Assembly: GCA_951804945.1 (NCBI GenBank)
Contig: OX638152.1
Coordinates: 12,896,001-12,960,000 of the forward strand
Length of the DNA: 64,000 nucleotides
Direction of reading: 5' to 3'
DNA from: Podarcis cretensis
Taxonomy: Eukaryota
In this document: in pieces, positions 37,301-52,300 of the stretch
Layout of the letters: every line of letters starts with the position of its first letter
Numbering within the stretch: position 1 is the stretch's first letter
Program-made: the position numbers and the translations under genes
Notes under the pieces: model-generated
Told to the model about the DNA's origin: nothing
The model's input: only the letters and a program-made list of their open reading frames with translations
The model's database searches: none

Positions 37301-40300
37301 CCAGATTCAGCCTGCAACAGGGTCACCAAAATTTTATAGGAAAGCCTGCTGAATCCAGATTATCTTTTGAAACACTCACAAAGCCAGTTTTGCACATCCA
37401 AAACCACTGAAAAGGTCAACCGATTTTGAATGGGGAAAAAAATGTGTGAATCTGTCCAAAATCCAGGCCTGTTAACACATGTTAGACAGAGCTTCTTTTG
37501 CATTTCTTGCAAGTCAGTTCCTTGGCTGGGAACTATAGAATCTCAAGTGCAGTACCATATATGCAAACTATGCATAGGGGTTCCTTGCTCCCCGCCAGAT
37601 TACACACAGAAACTATTTCTGAAACTGAGAGGAGCTTCAAAGGTAGCTTGTGATGAGGGGTAAAATTCAGCTTATAAAGAGCCTGTTTAAAAGTTCCACT
37701 GGATACTCCCTAGTTTCCAATTACGGCTTCATTCTTGATAGGACTACAAAGGGCTATTGACAGCACGTGAAGCAGAAATATCACATTCTCAGTACTGGGG
37801 CAGATTCTAGTTACGGTAGCCGTAGGCATATCTGTCTGTGTATGAGTCAGGGCATGTACAAATCTTGTCAATTTCAGTTTCCTGTTGTTCCAATCTTAAA
37901 TGCAGTTTTCCTGCATCATTTTTCATTCTTAAAACAAAAACAAAAATCTGCACAAAAATGCACACTTTAAAAAAGTGGATTTTCCCATTTTTTTGCACAA
38001 TCTTGCCTACTATAAACTTTTTTTTTTGCAAGCTGTTTCCCCAGCATAATGGATTTTTCTACATTATTTTCACTCACATGCATTTGTCTCTGTGAACTTT
38101 CCTCTGACTTCAGGGAAGTGTGACTTTTGAAGGGCAGTTATGTTGGCATATTAGTTCCAGATGTGCATTCTAGGTAGGTCCACATTAATATATGAAGCAA
38201 ATGAATTTCTCCATCATCCCTAGTGTTGGTGTGTGTGGTTCTTGGATATCATTAAGCTCACACTTCTGATGGGGAGCTTCTGATTATTCCCCAAGCCCCT
38301 GAGGTTTGGTTGGCCGTCACTAGGGGACCCAGTCTTCTGTGGGCCCTGTGGAACTCCTTGCCAGTAGAGGTTTGGCAGGAACCATCCCTTTCTCCTTTCT
38401 GATGTCTTTTGGCAGACCCTTGTAATACAAATTTTCTTTTTAAACCAATCCATATTTATCAATGCTTTTATGGATAGTTTTGCTGTTTCTATTCTCATAC
38501 GTTGTATTCTGCCTATGTATATATATTTATTACATGGATTATCAATGTGTAAATAAAATAAAAAGACAGTTTTTAGATTAAGAGGTGAGCCAGCGTATGT
38601 GAAGCTCACATATTCAAATCACTGGACAAAGTATTTCATCAGAGGGAAGGAAACCAGAGGCAATGGGAAAGACAGAGATCATAAGGTGGCATTCAATGCT
38701 AGTCCTACTCAAAGTAGGCCCACTGAAGTTAATGGGCATGACTTAGGTTCATTAATTTCAATGGGTCTGCTCTGAGCAGGACTTAGCTGACTGCAGCCCA
38801 TGGTCAGTGCCCATGACGGATTAGAGTCCTGAATGTTACAACTGAGGGAAGGAAATATTTCAGATGTGGTTATGCAAGGGAAAGATAAAGGCGTTAGGTT
38901 GTAGGCCTAGGTAAAGGAAATAAAGACAGGAGTATGTCAGGTGAAGATGAGGAAAGACTGGGATATGGGATAGTTTCCAATGCACCAGGAGACTGATAAT
39001 CTACCATCGAAGGCAAGGATAGCCCGGGAAATGTAAGAGTCCTCAGCCAAACAGTGAGAAGATGAGATACATATTCTCTTGTAACACTATTGCTCTCTCC
39101 CCACAGCTTTGAGGTCTGCAAGGGGGAAAGATTTATTTGAGACCCCAAAACCCATTTTCATGTTCAGGGCTCCATTCTGGAACATCTGAAGTCATACTCA
39201 AAGCATGTGTACCCCTCCTTCATCACAAGCTGCAGTCCCCCTTGCACATCTTAGGGAGGACTGTCTGTTTGGGTGGTGTGGTTTCATGGAAGCTTGAACC
39301 TCAAAACCATTTTGAAATGTTATCAGCCATGAGAAGGATGGCGAATCCCTGAGATCCCAACCAACACCTAGAGAACTGTGATCCAGCAAACAGGAATCAC
39401 CATAGATTTCCTCTTTCTTTCTTTAGCAAGACAGCCTCCAGCAGTTCTGGGTTCTGGGTCCCCAACTCAACCTCCTGGAGCAGATTTGGGGAAGGCCGCA
39501 GGACATGAATGGGGAAAGGTGGGAACGGGAATAGTCCCATTGTGCTATGTTTCATCCAACCCTCAAAGGATAACAAGAAACAGCCTCAGGAATCCTATGT
39601 CTTGGCTCCAGTTCTCTCACCCTCTGGTGGCACCAGAAATATCAGCCCTCCCTTCTAATCCCCAACGTCATGGTCAGCGGTGGCTGGTGCCGCCTAGAAC
39701 CGAGAGGGCAGAAGGTGAAGTTGCCAACAGTTGGTGGAGCCAGAACCAGCGACAACACAGACTGGCTGTAAGTGAGGAGGCAGAGGAGGGCAGACCATGA
39801 CAGGCTGGTGGTGCAGTGCCCCATTGGCCCTATCTGATCAGCTTCCATTGGTCATGAGAGGTCGAATCCCTGTTGCTTGTCCCCATGGACCTTCATTGGT
39901 GACCCCAATATGTAGAGAAGGCTCCCCGCTCCATGGAGATGGCAATGGGGTGAGAGGGAAGTGAGCTAGCATGCCCACCCCCCAACTTTCCCTCCTGCAC
40001 TTCCAACCGTGTGGGGGATTAGAATGGAAAAGGAGATCTTCAGTATTTTGGAAGGAAGAATGCCATGCGATTAAAGCTACGGACGTTTATATAAAGGAAA
40101 CAAAAGTGGCAGCTTGGAAATGAGCAATGAAGTCTTACACTGGGAAGAAGAACTAATTCTTGGAAATGAATTTAAACATGTGCAGGGAACTAAAATCAAA
40201 AAGCATTTGGGGAAATGTTAAAAGAAAAGAAAATGGATCAGCACTCTTTTCAAGATGGAGCCACGTTACTTTATCCACAACCAAAGCACTTTCAAAGACC

Positions 40301-43300
40301 GAACAGCTGCTCAGTTTATGTCTTTTATTGTGATTAAAGCAAATACAAAGCATTTGTTACACTCTGTGAATCGAAATAGATTACATAACAAATGGGTAAC
40401 AACCTCCCCCTTTTCACGGCGCCTTCAAGCATCTGGGAACGTCATTTGTTTTTCAGCTTCTACACAGTTGACTTTTTAATTGCTAACATTTAATTTTACA
40501 TTCTCAAACACACCTTGGGACAAAAGGTTCACATCATTTTATACATCATGGAAAAAGAAGCCAGGTTTCTGGGCAATCCTTCAATACAAATAGCAAATTA
40601 ACGTCGGGTTGCTGGGTGTGTACGCCACACGTTTTACAGATATTTGATAACCCTGGTTAAAATGCTTTGGTTAATTATGATTCTACCAGCCACAGCTCCG
40701 AACTGTAAAGCATACATGAGGATTCGATTTATTTCAGTGAGTTCAACAACAGCCATGATGGAGTCTGACATCAACACACCCAAATGTTGGAGAGCTTTTA
40801 TCCTTACATAGGAAAAGTGAAACAGTACAAGCAGAAGAATAAGAAAAGAAATGGGGAGGGGGGAACAGTCAAGGTATGGAACGGGAACCTATATAAATAG
40901 ATTTCTATCCCCCACCCCCTTTAAAACAGGGTTGGAGAACCTCTGGCCTTCCAAATACTTACAGACTACAATTCCCATCACCTCTCAGCCCTGGTCATGC
41001 TCTCGCTAGGGCTCATGGGAGTTGGAGTCCAACAACATCGAAAGCGCCACAGGTTGCCCTGCCCTGTTTTTAAAGGACTACACACTTATCACAGTATGTG
41101 TACCACCCTTTCAGATTACTGTCTTTTTCATCATTTGCACAGAAGGTAATTTTGCTCTTCTTAACAGTTTTACATACATTCTGGTTGAAAAACCCAAGTC
41201 TCTAATGTGGAGTGCCATTTTAACCTGCTCTGCCTGTTGCAGCAACTGTAACACACTGTGCCAGGAGCTGTATCATTCTTTTTTAATTGCATCTACATTG
41301 CTCCATTCATTTCTGAATACTCCAACCTGAATTGCAATACAAACGAAGCAATGAAAATACAATGAAAACGAATAGGGATGTTTAATATGATGGATGCGCC
41401 ACCTCCTGTCTTCAGCTACAAATCTATAGATAGGCCATGGTCCACCTGAATGAAGCTTTTGAGCCACTGGTAGTCCATGGACCACTGTTTGAGAAATCTT
41501 GACCTATCACAACATAGCATGAAGCTCTCTTGACACAACTGTGCGACTCAGAATTTCAGGTTCAAAGCAGCTGCATGCATTCCTTGTGACTCCCTTCTAT
41601 AACAATCTGTTAAGGATTCTTTAGCTGCAATTCCTGCACTGCAGGGGGTTGGACTACTAGATTATCCTTGGGATTCCTTAGAACTCTTCAATTCTATTAT
41701 TCTATCATAAAGTCTCCTTTAAATGGATCTCTGCTTTTCTCTCTTTCTGTCTTGCCTCACTGAAATTCTTCCATTGTATTTCATTCAGTTTTGCTTCACT
41801 CCCTCCATCTTTTTCTCACTTTGGACTGTGAAGCCCTCTTCTCTTTCAAGGACGTGAAGCGACTTTTAATCATTTTTTTGCTTAGGAATTTTAAAGAGGT
41901 TATATTATTTTAGATTTTGGAAAGAGAATTTCCCATGGTGAGATCTGAGAAAAATAGCACCCTGGAGAATTTTGGACTTTGCTGCCTGCAATAATGGATG
42001 GAGAACATTGCCACAATGGCTGATAGCCATTCATTCATCTACTTAAGTCATAACTTAACGGTAGAACATTCGTGCATGCTGAAAGTTCCAGGTTCAATCC
42101 CAGGAAGGACTGGAAATGTAGGACTAGAACTGCTGTCCTACATTTGCTACGCTAGAGGGACTAATGGTCCGGGCTCAGTTATAAAGCAGATCCCTATGTT
42201 TCCATATCCCATGTCATGGTGGAAATCAGACCAAGGAAGTCACACTACAGGTTCCAATTTAAACAACTGGGGAAATGGAAGGAGCTCAAACGCAATTAAA
42301 TGCAACCAAAAGCTCAAGAGAACAAGGCAGCCGTTCCTCCACCACTGGATGTCATAGTGGTTCAACCTCAAGGATTGATGGCACTAAGCCTCTGAATGCA
42401 AGTTGCAGGACAGTGTGATTGTCCCTATGTTCTGTAAAAGAAGTGGCCTTCCCGGAGTCATCTGGCTGGCTGCTGAGCTGAGTGTTGAACCAGAAGGGCC
42501 TTTGGCAAAACCTCTTTTTCTGCTCTTAAGATAGCAGGAAAGCATGTCTGAGGAGGGTGTTCCACATATTGGGCAACCACCATAGGGAATACCCTCTCAC
42601 AGAGAAGATATGCACATTCCCCAAAGCATCTGGGGATTGTGCATAATGGCCAGGGAATGCACAAAACCCAGTCAATATGCACATATTCCCTAAGACAGGG
42701 TTGCTATATCTCAAAAAGTTGAGCTTTTTAAGGAAAGCACCTGAGCTTTTTCTTTTTTCTTCAAAAATGCCAAAAAAGAGCAATTTTTCGATTGACTTGC
42801 CTAAGATCCAGGACAAAGTGCTGCCTTCTGGATTTCTGCACTGAACTAGATGAGCTTTGGGGTCCCTTCCAACCTTTGCAATTCTATAATTCACATTTCC
42901 CGAGGCCTGTTGAAGACTCTTTATATTGACCGGGGAATGGGCAGAATTCCCTCTTCATGGATAGATTATGTGCACATTCTCCATTGTGCCTGGTGAATGT
43001 GTCACTGGGACTCAGGCCAATTGTTGCCATAAGATGCCTTGAAGGCCCTTGTGGTGGAAGAGTGGAACAAAATACTGCAGGATACCCTTATTCTCAGATA
43101 TCACCAAGCAAAGAAAATAGAGGAAACATTAAAGGGGAGAAAAACAAGCTTCCTTGTGAACACAGTAAGTAAAAGCCACCTCCTTGTGGCTTCACCACAG
43201 AGAAACTGAATGAGGAAGCCTCTGCTCATTAAAGATCCCTGTGTGAGCATTGACATTCTCATTCTTCATGGCTAAAATCTACATTTGTCTTTCGACTCTC

Positions 43301-46300
43301 CATCCCCCCCTTTTATTCTTCCCCCCACCGAATCAAAACCCCTCCAGTGTTGCCAGAACACTGTTGATTGATTAGTTTCAGATAATCAGCAATCACTCCA
43401 AATGAATTTACATGATAAAGGATCCCAATGTTTGCGGCAAGCAACAGGGTTATTTTCTGCGAGACGCAGCGCTCCATCAGCTCATGCAACTTACGCAAGC
43501 GAATGAGAAATTGGCTGCTATTGATAAGTAGGAAACTGTGGGGAGTTTCTCTTTAACAGCCCATTTTCTACTCTTCCGTTTTCATTTGTTCTTTATGTCG
43601 CCATAACATTGCTACACACGCACGCACACGCACACCATTGCATAATCAAGTTATCAAGCACACATTGCATGGTGAAATCCACTGCTCTTGGGTTTGTTTT
43701 TTAGAATTCAGTATCTAGCTAGAGCTAAGCCTCTAAATCAGGCATAGGCAAACTTGGCCCTCCCAATGTTTTGAGACTACAATTCCCATCATCCCTGACC
43801 ACTGGTCCTGTTATGAGAGCTGAGTTTGCCTATGCCTGCTCTAAATAGTGAGTTTTTAATTTACCAAATCAGTGGCTTTCATACTCTCTAGTGTCCCATG
43901 GCTGCTGAGAAACTTGTGCACATCCACCAAGGATCCTATGTTCATTGCTGAAGATTCTGAGGACATATTTAAGGGTGCACACTTGGTTCATGCAGGACGT
44001 TGGCGAGGCCACTTTTAATTGAATGGGGTCCCCAGTACATACACAACACTTCCCTGCAGTTTTGCACAGAAAGGTCATTAGTGGCAAGCACAATATATTT
44101 GGCGACATGCTCCCCTTCTGCAATTCCAAGGGACCCCAGGCCTGAACCCTGAAAGCACAGCTTGAAAATTGGTGCAATGGTGTGACGGCAACGTTATATA
44201 GACGAGGTTTGGATAGGCAACATGCCAAGTGCAAACAAACTATGGTTTATTGGAGCGGAATAAGCTGCAAGTCTGAAAGCACGCCTTCCCCTGCACAGCA
44301 CTGAATTGCAGTTCAGTTTTCCATTTCAGAACTGAATTGCAGTTCAGTCTCCCATTTCTGCTGAGCCACAGTTCCCCCATGACATCCAGCTTGTGGTTTA
44401 AGTTAGAGCTAGGCCAAACATTCTGGGCTGAGCTTTTTCAGCCATTGGGGAGTGTGCATGTGAACCAAAGTGGGTAGGAGGGAGGGTGGGAGGGCTGCCA
44501 CAGAAAAGTTTCAGGAGGTGCAGTGGCAACTACTGCTTAAGAGCATAAGAAAGGCAGGATCAGGCCAATGGCCCATGTAGCCCAGCATCCTGTCCTCACA
44601 AAGGCCAACCAGGTGAAAGCAGGATCTGAGCACAATTCTCTCCCCCATTTGAAGTTTACCTTAATGTTGGGAAGTGACCTGGAGGTTATTCTCTTGCTGT
44701 TTAAAGTATTAAAAGTTCTGTGTCCACTTGTAGCTCCATGAGCCTGGCAGTCCATTCTGGAATGCCCATGAGAACTACAGTCACATCCACATTTAAAGCA
44801 CAGGTATTTCCCCTCAAGAATCCTGGAAACGGTACTGGCTACAGTTCCCAGCACCCTAAACAAACTACAGTTCCCAGGTTTCTTCAGTAGGAAGCCACGT
44901 GCTTTAATTGTATGGTATGGATGAGACCCCAGCAGGGTTCACTGGCCCTTTCTGCACATTGACCAAAAGCATGGAGGGGATCCTGGTCTTGCCCAGTACC
45001 ACTGCCACTGCCATTCTGGCTGTCCAGGCTACATCAGGAGGAGCTTTAGCCACCTGCTGATTTACCTGTGTAGAGTTCCTCTACATCACGAGGGATGCTG
45101 ACTGGGCCAGAGTCTCTCTTCCTCTCTTCACGAGGCATTCCATTCCTGCACTAATTTGTGACACATTCTCTCCCCCCCCCCCAATTCTCCACATTTCAGT
45201 TGGCTCTTATGAAAATTCGTTAGGAATTTAGTGTGATTTCCCCCTCTGATGCACGTCAGTTTGTGTGTGTTATTTTAAATAACACAAGCATTTTTTAGGA
45301 ACAGTTTGTCACAATATATGCATTTTGGTACACATTACAGTGGACGCTCGGGTTGCGAACGTGATCCGTGCGGGATGCATGTTTGCAACCCGCAGCGTTT
45401 GCAACCCACGCCTGCACACGTGCGGGTTGCGATTCGGCGTTTCTGCACATGCGCAAAGCACGATTTAGTGCTTCTGTGCATGCGCAACCGCCGAAACCTG
45501 GAAGTGACCCATTCTGGCACTTCCGGGTTTCGGCGGTCCGCAAACCGAAAAAACGCGGCTGTAACCTGAGGTATGACTGTACTTGTCTGGAGAATTTGCA
45601 TTGCAATGTTCAGAGAGGCGCAAACGTTTTGCCTCGGTTCATGTGTCATTTTGGAATGTGCATAAATGCAAACTGAATCGAATTCTCCCCTGTCCCTAAA
45701 CTCAGGACACAAAGCAGGAACATGTACCTTCAGGCTGGCCTCTACTGGACACAAAACAATGTTGGGCTAGATGGATCTTTGATCTGATCAAGTAAGTTTA
45801 ATTGTTGAATATTTACGTAGGATCACATGGAATGAGGCAGAGGCCTATGTGCCTACATTGGTATCTGAGCAGAAGCCCCTTCTGATGCAATTTCAACATG
45901 CAGATCTTGAGAGAGCACAAGTGGAGGGGGTGGTGACACCCAGGTACATGAGGGAAGTAGGGGAGGAGGGATAGATTGTTCTTTCTCTGACAAACCACAG
46001 CTTGTTCGACAAGGAGCATCAGAAACCAGCCAACATGATAGTTGGGGGTGGGCAGGTGGGGAAACTGATCAGGTGGCATTAAAAATGCATCGCCCGGATT
46101 CCTCATCTCCCCTGGGGGACAGGGTCTCCCTTTCTTTCAATCTCAAAGAAGGGCAGACATCTGAATTCTGCAATATTTGCTAGAAGCCTTTTCTTTCCTA
46201 AACAGAAATGCCGAAATGTCTTTTATAGTATAAATATAGAATAAACGGTCGCTTCCTGTTTCCGCAGTGGAAATAATTGTTCTCCTCCCCTCTGCTGAAT

Positions 46301-49300
46301 TAGGGCCAGATTGCATCCTTCCTTCCATGTTAATGAGCACCTGATTAGTATGTCGTGCTAATAAGGCCAAGGACACAGGTCTGATTCTCATACAGGTGCT
46401 GGGGGAAGTTGAAGGCACACGAATCCACTGCTTTGCTGAAGCTGAGCAGGGTTGGGTTGAGGTGTAACTGCTTGGAAACCACATTTAGACCCTGTTGGTT
46501 TCCATGACAGGAAAAAAAGAGGGATATATTGATGGCTGGTGAATTGGATAGCAGGTAGATGTGTATTTCCTGGCTTATATTCATGCATCTTCAAGTTTGG
46601 AATTATTATTTTTTTATAAGAAAAAAAGCACACTAAGGCAATAATATAATCACAGTATGGGGCAGGGAAACAGTTCCAAGAGGACATATGCATTGCATGG
46701 GATCACACGATATTTTCCAACACCAAACCATGCTGTCATAACAGTGCAACTTTGACTGAAAAGCGTTATTCAAACACCAAACACCTGACAGTTGCAGAAT
46801 AAGCAGCAGCCACAGGCTTACATTGTAGAAAGCAGGGTCATATGCAGCAAAAAAATACACTGAGTTATTAAAATTAAGGTCTTAATGGTCGGGAACCTAT
46901 CTCTGGAACCCCAACTGCTGTTGCTTCAAGATGAGAGTTGATCTTGAAGAGGAAATTGCAGAGCCAGGGTGAGGAACTGTCTCCAGCATAAAGCTATCCC
47001 ATACCACACGTCCCCTCAGCTAACCTTACTCAAAGGGTTATTGTGAAAATAAAATTGGGGTGATGGGGGAGAGAACAAACTGTGCCACCCTGAGCTTGAT
47101 TACTAAAGAGAAAAAAGGTCTCATCAACAGGCTCTCTCAACTAAAGCGTCTTCCAATGTGTACCAGCCCAGGGCTTGAGTAGTAATTTCTTTCTGGGACT
47201 GAAAACAATGACAACATCCTTGCAGAAATCTGGTGGTCTAGGCCAGCCTGGTGCCCTGCAGATGTTGCTGGACTACAACTCCCATCAGCCCCTGAGGCTC
47301 GTGACATGGTGGCTCAAATTGGCTGTAGCCCTCTCTACAGAACAGGGTGGCTCAAATTGGCTGCACCCTCTCTACAGAACAGGGTTGTTGTGCTGTGTGA
47401 GAGGAGCTGGCTGTGCAATCTGGGTGGGATTCTGCATCTATGGAAGCGTAGGCCAGTGATCAAAGCCTATGCTCATTGTTTTCACATAATTCTAGCAGGG
47501 TAATATCGCCCGAGGGGTTTGGTTTGGATGGGAAAGAAAGATTTTAACAGCTGTGTATACCTCGGGTTACAGACGCTTCAGGTTACAGACGCTTCAGGTT
47601 ACAGACTCCGCTAACCCAGAAATAGTACCTTGGGTTAAGAACTTTGCTTCAGGATGAGAACAGAAATCGCACGGCGGCGGCGCGGCGGCGACAGCAGGAG
47701 GCCCCATTAGTGAAAGTACGCCTCTAGTTAAGAACAGTTTCAGGTTAAGAATGGATCTCCAGAATGAATTAAGTTCTTAACCCGAGGTACCACTGTATCT
47801 GACAGAGAGATCACGAAGCTGCGTACTCCTAAAATAATGGCTTTCGGGGGTTGGAAATAATTAGTAGACCCTAAAGAAGGGCAAGTATGTCACTGTTAGG
47901 TATATCTGATTTTTTTTTTTTTAAGCCCTGGGAATTTTATCAACCACTAACCCTCAAAATATCCTTCCTTATATTTGTTTTAACATATAGCTCGAGCTGA
48001 CTTTTATTTCTGGATCCCTCATGTACTCATTAGCCTGGATAAACATTTCACTTGTATTTACAGGAAAAGAAAAGAAAAGCATTTATTTTTTAAGAGAGTT
48101 CACAGCAAAACTCAGCATCAGTTGCTACTTAAACAACACATTACAACATGGAAGCAAAAACCGCTCAACAGTGAACTGTAAATATTAATAACAATGGAAT
48201 TGCCTGGAGAAGCGAAAGAACAGAGGTTTCTGGTTAACTTTCGAACCATTCAGGAAGCATAATAAAAAATACTGTAGCAGTGAATTAGTGATAAGAAGAA
48301 GAAGGGGGGGGGGAAATACAACCTTGGTCATTTCTCCCTCTTGTGAGCAATGCGTTAGGCTAAACTGCAAACATGCACTTAGCTCTATCAAACTGCAGAA
48401 TATCGTTCTCTCCCCCTCTCTAGTTTCATTATCGAAACAAGCAAAGCAGAATTTGGCCAGCAGCACCTCCATGCTTGGACAGCGCATGGAACGCACATTC
48501 CATACCTCAAGGTTGTCATGGTTACCATGCGAAGCGGCATTGAGGACTTGTAGTAATGATCATGTTTGTTTGCTTAAAAATGCACAGGGCTACACGAGAG
48601 AATAACTGCAGCGAATGTGGCTGGGGTGGGGATGGGGGAGGTTGAAACCGATTGTGGAGATGATTTGGCGTCGGCTAAGCCATGGGCTGTCCAAAGATTA
48701 TGTATCCCACAATATATAGACACTGTGAGAGTGGCAAGATGCAGATGGGTAGATCATAGAAACATGCCTGGTATGAAATCCGACAATGTATCCATCCAGC
48801 TCAGTATTGTATAGTCTAGGAGTAGGAAACCTTTTCCCACCTGAGGACCATGTCTCTAGGGAAACGTCTAGTGGCTGGTGTGGCCAGAGGCAGGATCAAT
48901 TAATACACACACCCCCTTTCTACCGTAAGCTACTTTCTGTACACCCCCCTCTGCATCCTCCATCAGGCGAGTGAGACACATTGCTGGAGTCCAAGGACAT
49001 ATTCCTGCTTGGGGGGTGGGAATCACCCAAGGAAAGGGCAACTCAGGGTGTGTTCTGGGGAGGGTTTTAAGGGCCACAGGGCCCCCTGATGCTACTCTGG
49101 TCTACTCTGACTGGCAATATAGTGAGACTCACACAAATCCTCCTAAGTATGGAAAGAACCACATCTTCCATGACGAATGCACATCACACAAAGGTTTATC
49201 CACCACCTGCATATCCATCAGGCAGAGGGCCTTCTCGGTAGTGGCACCCGCCCTCCCACCAGATGTCAAAGAGAAGAACAACTACCAGACTTTTAGAAGA

Positions 49301-52300
49301 CATCTGAAGGCAGCCCTCTTTAGGGAAGCTTTTAATGTTTAACAGACTACTGCATTCTAATACTCTGTTGGGAGCCACCCAGAGTGGCTGGGGAAACCCA
49401 GCCAGATGGGCGGGGTATAAATAATAAATTCTATTCTATTTGGACATATAGGAAAGGGATTTCCTTGCTTATTGTACGCAGGCAGGGATTCTGACCCAAT
49501 CAGGGTTCCACCCGTCATGGAGGATTTCCACTCATATAAACCAGTAAATTTAAACACACACACAAAATCAACCACATGCCTGGGGGATACCCTACATGCT
49601 CCAATGAAGGGGTGCCAACTTGAATAATATATTGGGGTGGGAGCAGGCAAGCCCCACCCCACATAATCACAAGATGCACACCATTTGAATGCCAATGTCC
49701 GTCAACTTAGGGGCGACCCCCTCAAGTATTTTCTTGGGGGGTGGCAAAGGAACCTCACTCCCTAAGAGCTGGCTCCTGTGGGATTCACAGAGATCAAACC
49801 AGGGCACTGCCTCTCCGACTCAACAACCTCATTGAGAAACTGGGCAGGGGAACGAGATACAGATATGTGTTTCTGCTTTCAGACCTCAGTCGTCATAGCA
49901 TACTTGGTGGTTATACAGAGCATAATGCAAACAGGAAGCTGCATTGCTCCAAGTTGTTCAGATGACAAAGGCTCTCCAGGGTACCAGGCTTTTTCTTGTC
50001 ACCTGACACCAGGTGAGGATGCCAGGGACGGAACCTGGGATCTTTTGCATCTTGTGCTCTCCTTATCTTGTAACTGGAGGTAGGAATGGATGGAGCTGCC
50101 TATCTTGTGAATTGCTCATGTGTTCACTCACAACTTGAATGCCATTCTATTTCTGCATTAATTTGAGACACATTCTTTTTTTCCAAATTCTCCACATTTC
50201 AGTCGGCTCTTATTAAAATTCGTTGGAATTTAGTGTGATTTCTCTCTCTTATGCATGTCAGTTTTGTGTGTTTTTTTCACTAGCACATGCATTTTAAGGA
50301 ACAGTTTGTCCGAATATATGCATGACTTGTCTGGAGAATTTGCGCTGTGACGTTCAGAGAGGTGCAAACTTTGAAAGACGGCTTTGCCTTGGTTCATGTG
50401 TCATTTTGGAAAGCACATAAATGCAAACTGAATTGAATTGTACTCGGTCCCTAAACTGAGGACAGAAAGCAGAAACAGGTATCTTCAGGCTGGCCTCTAC
50501 TGGACGCAAAAATGCTGGGCTAGATGGATCTTTGAACTGATCAAGTAAGTTTAATTGCTGAATATTTACATTGGATCCCATGGCAAGAACATAGGTGCTT
50601 TCTTCCCCTGCAGCACATTAAAAGCAATATTATGAAATACAACTGCATAATAACATAGCAGGCATTGGTGGGTAAACTTTGTTACATAATTTGTGGACGG
50701 TCCACTCGAGCTTCATTGAAATTTAATCTAATTTAGGGCTGTTGCTTTTTGTTTCTGCTTTTAAAAAAGGGTTGGGTCCAGGTTAGGTTAGTTGCACTTG
50801 CATCTCATTAAAATCAACGGGGCGTAAACTGAGTCATGACTGTCTTTTTTCTCATTGCTTTGAATGGGCCTTAAGTCCATCCGGATTCCTGTCCGGATCC
50901 AACAATAGCATTTTCCCCAAATGCATTCAGAAAAACATTCTGCTCCTTTCCAAACACATGACAATATATTGCCAAAGCTTCACATTATTTAGTATTTCTC
51001 ATCTACAGGTTGCAAAAATTCATTACACAAGCAGGCAAACTTTCAGTAGCGATTTCGTATAGCATCAAGAAAGCTGCAAAAAAGCAAAGATGATGTACAC
51101 GCACACACACACAAAGTCAGTAGGAGAGAAGGAAGCTGAAGGCTGACTTTCTAGCTCCCAATCCAACCACTGGCACACACCGCCTTTTGTTTCTTATTGC
51201 GCAAACTGAGCAACATGAAAATATCCACACCAAAATAAGTAGCACTACATTTAAGCAGGTTCACAAGCCGGTGCCCGCAAATCTTGTGTTTAGAGCACTG
51301 AAAGTTACTCTAAAAGAAGGCATAAGATCTTCTCCCTTTCCAGCAGGCAGAAGTGAACAAAAATGAATAAAAGGATTTTGTTTGTTTGTCTGTCTGTCTC
51401 AGGGATTGATCGTATCTCTTGCACTCATGAGAATCCCCCTACTGGCTGGCAGTGGTCCCTGTTCCAGTGGGAAACACCTACCAAGGGAAGTCATATCTGC
51501 AAAAAGAGAGAGAAGTCACTAGGGCCGATATCGTAAAGGGAGCTAGAAGACGGAGCTTTGTCTCGTGCAACGCTCTCCAATCGATTGCACTTCACTCATG
51601 GCACTTTTAAAACGCAGAACTGGTCTAGGATTCCTGGGCTGCAGCACAGGTCTGGTAGCAGTGGCAACTAACAGGGCTGCAGCGCTCTGGCTGGGCTCCC
51701 TCCTGATGCAAAACAAAAATGCTCTTTCTGGGAAAGCTTAGGTCCACCAGCTTTGTATTCTGACAATACCCCGGAAGTTTAATTGTTCAAGGGAGGAATG
51801 GATTGCATTGGCTATTATAGGGCATGGTACCCTAAGGTTACCAGATGTTTTCCAATTAATCCAGGGACACTTTTCAACTTCCTACTAAATAGATGGATTT
51901 TGTCAGGGGACTGATTTGTACCCAGCGCTGGCCAGATTAGTTTCACAGTGGGGTGTTGGCAGTCCTGACCTCAGCGCACCACCCAGGTAAATTGCAATGA
52001 GGTTGGTGTTGGGAAGATAGCTCCATGACTTCATGGAATCCCACAGGTCACTACTGGTGGCAGCCATTTCCTCCTCGCTCAAATTCTCTGGCAATGTCAG
52101 AAGCCAATCCCAGACCTGCATTTGCAGCCAAACACCTCGCTCCATCCAGAATGTGAAGCGCCTGCTTCCGAACACCTAAACCATGTGGGCAGAGTCATCA
52201 AAGAGCCATGATGGGATGCATCTCCCTGGTGACTGTACACTCAGGGTGATTAAATGGCTCCTCAGAGAATAATGATATGAAATTATCATTTTTAAAAAAC

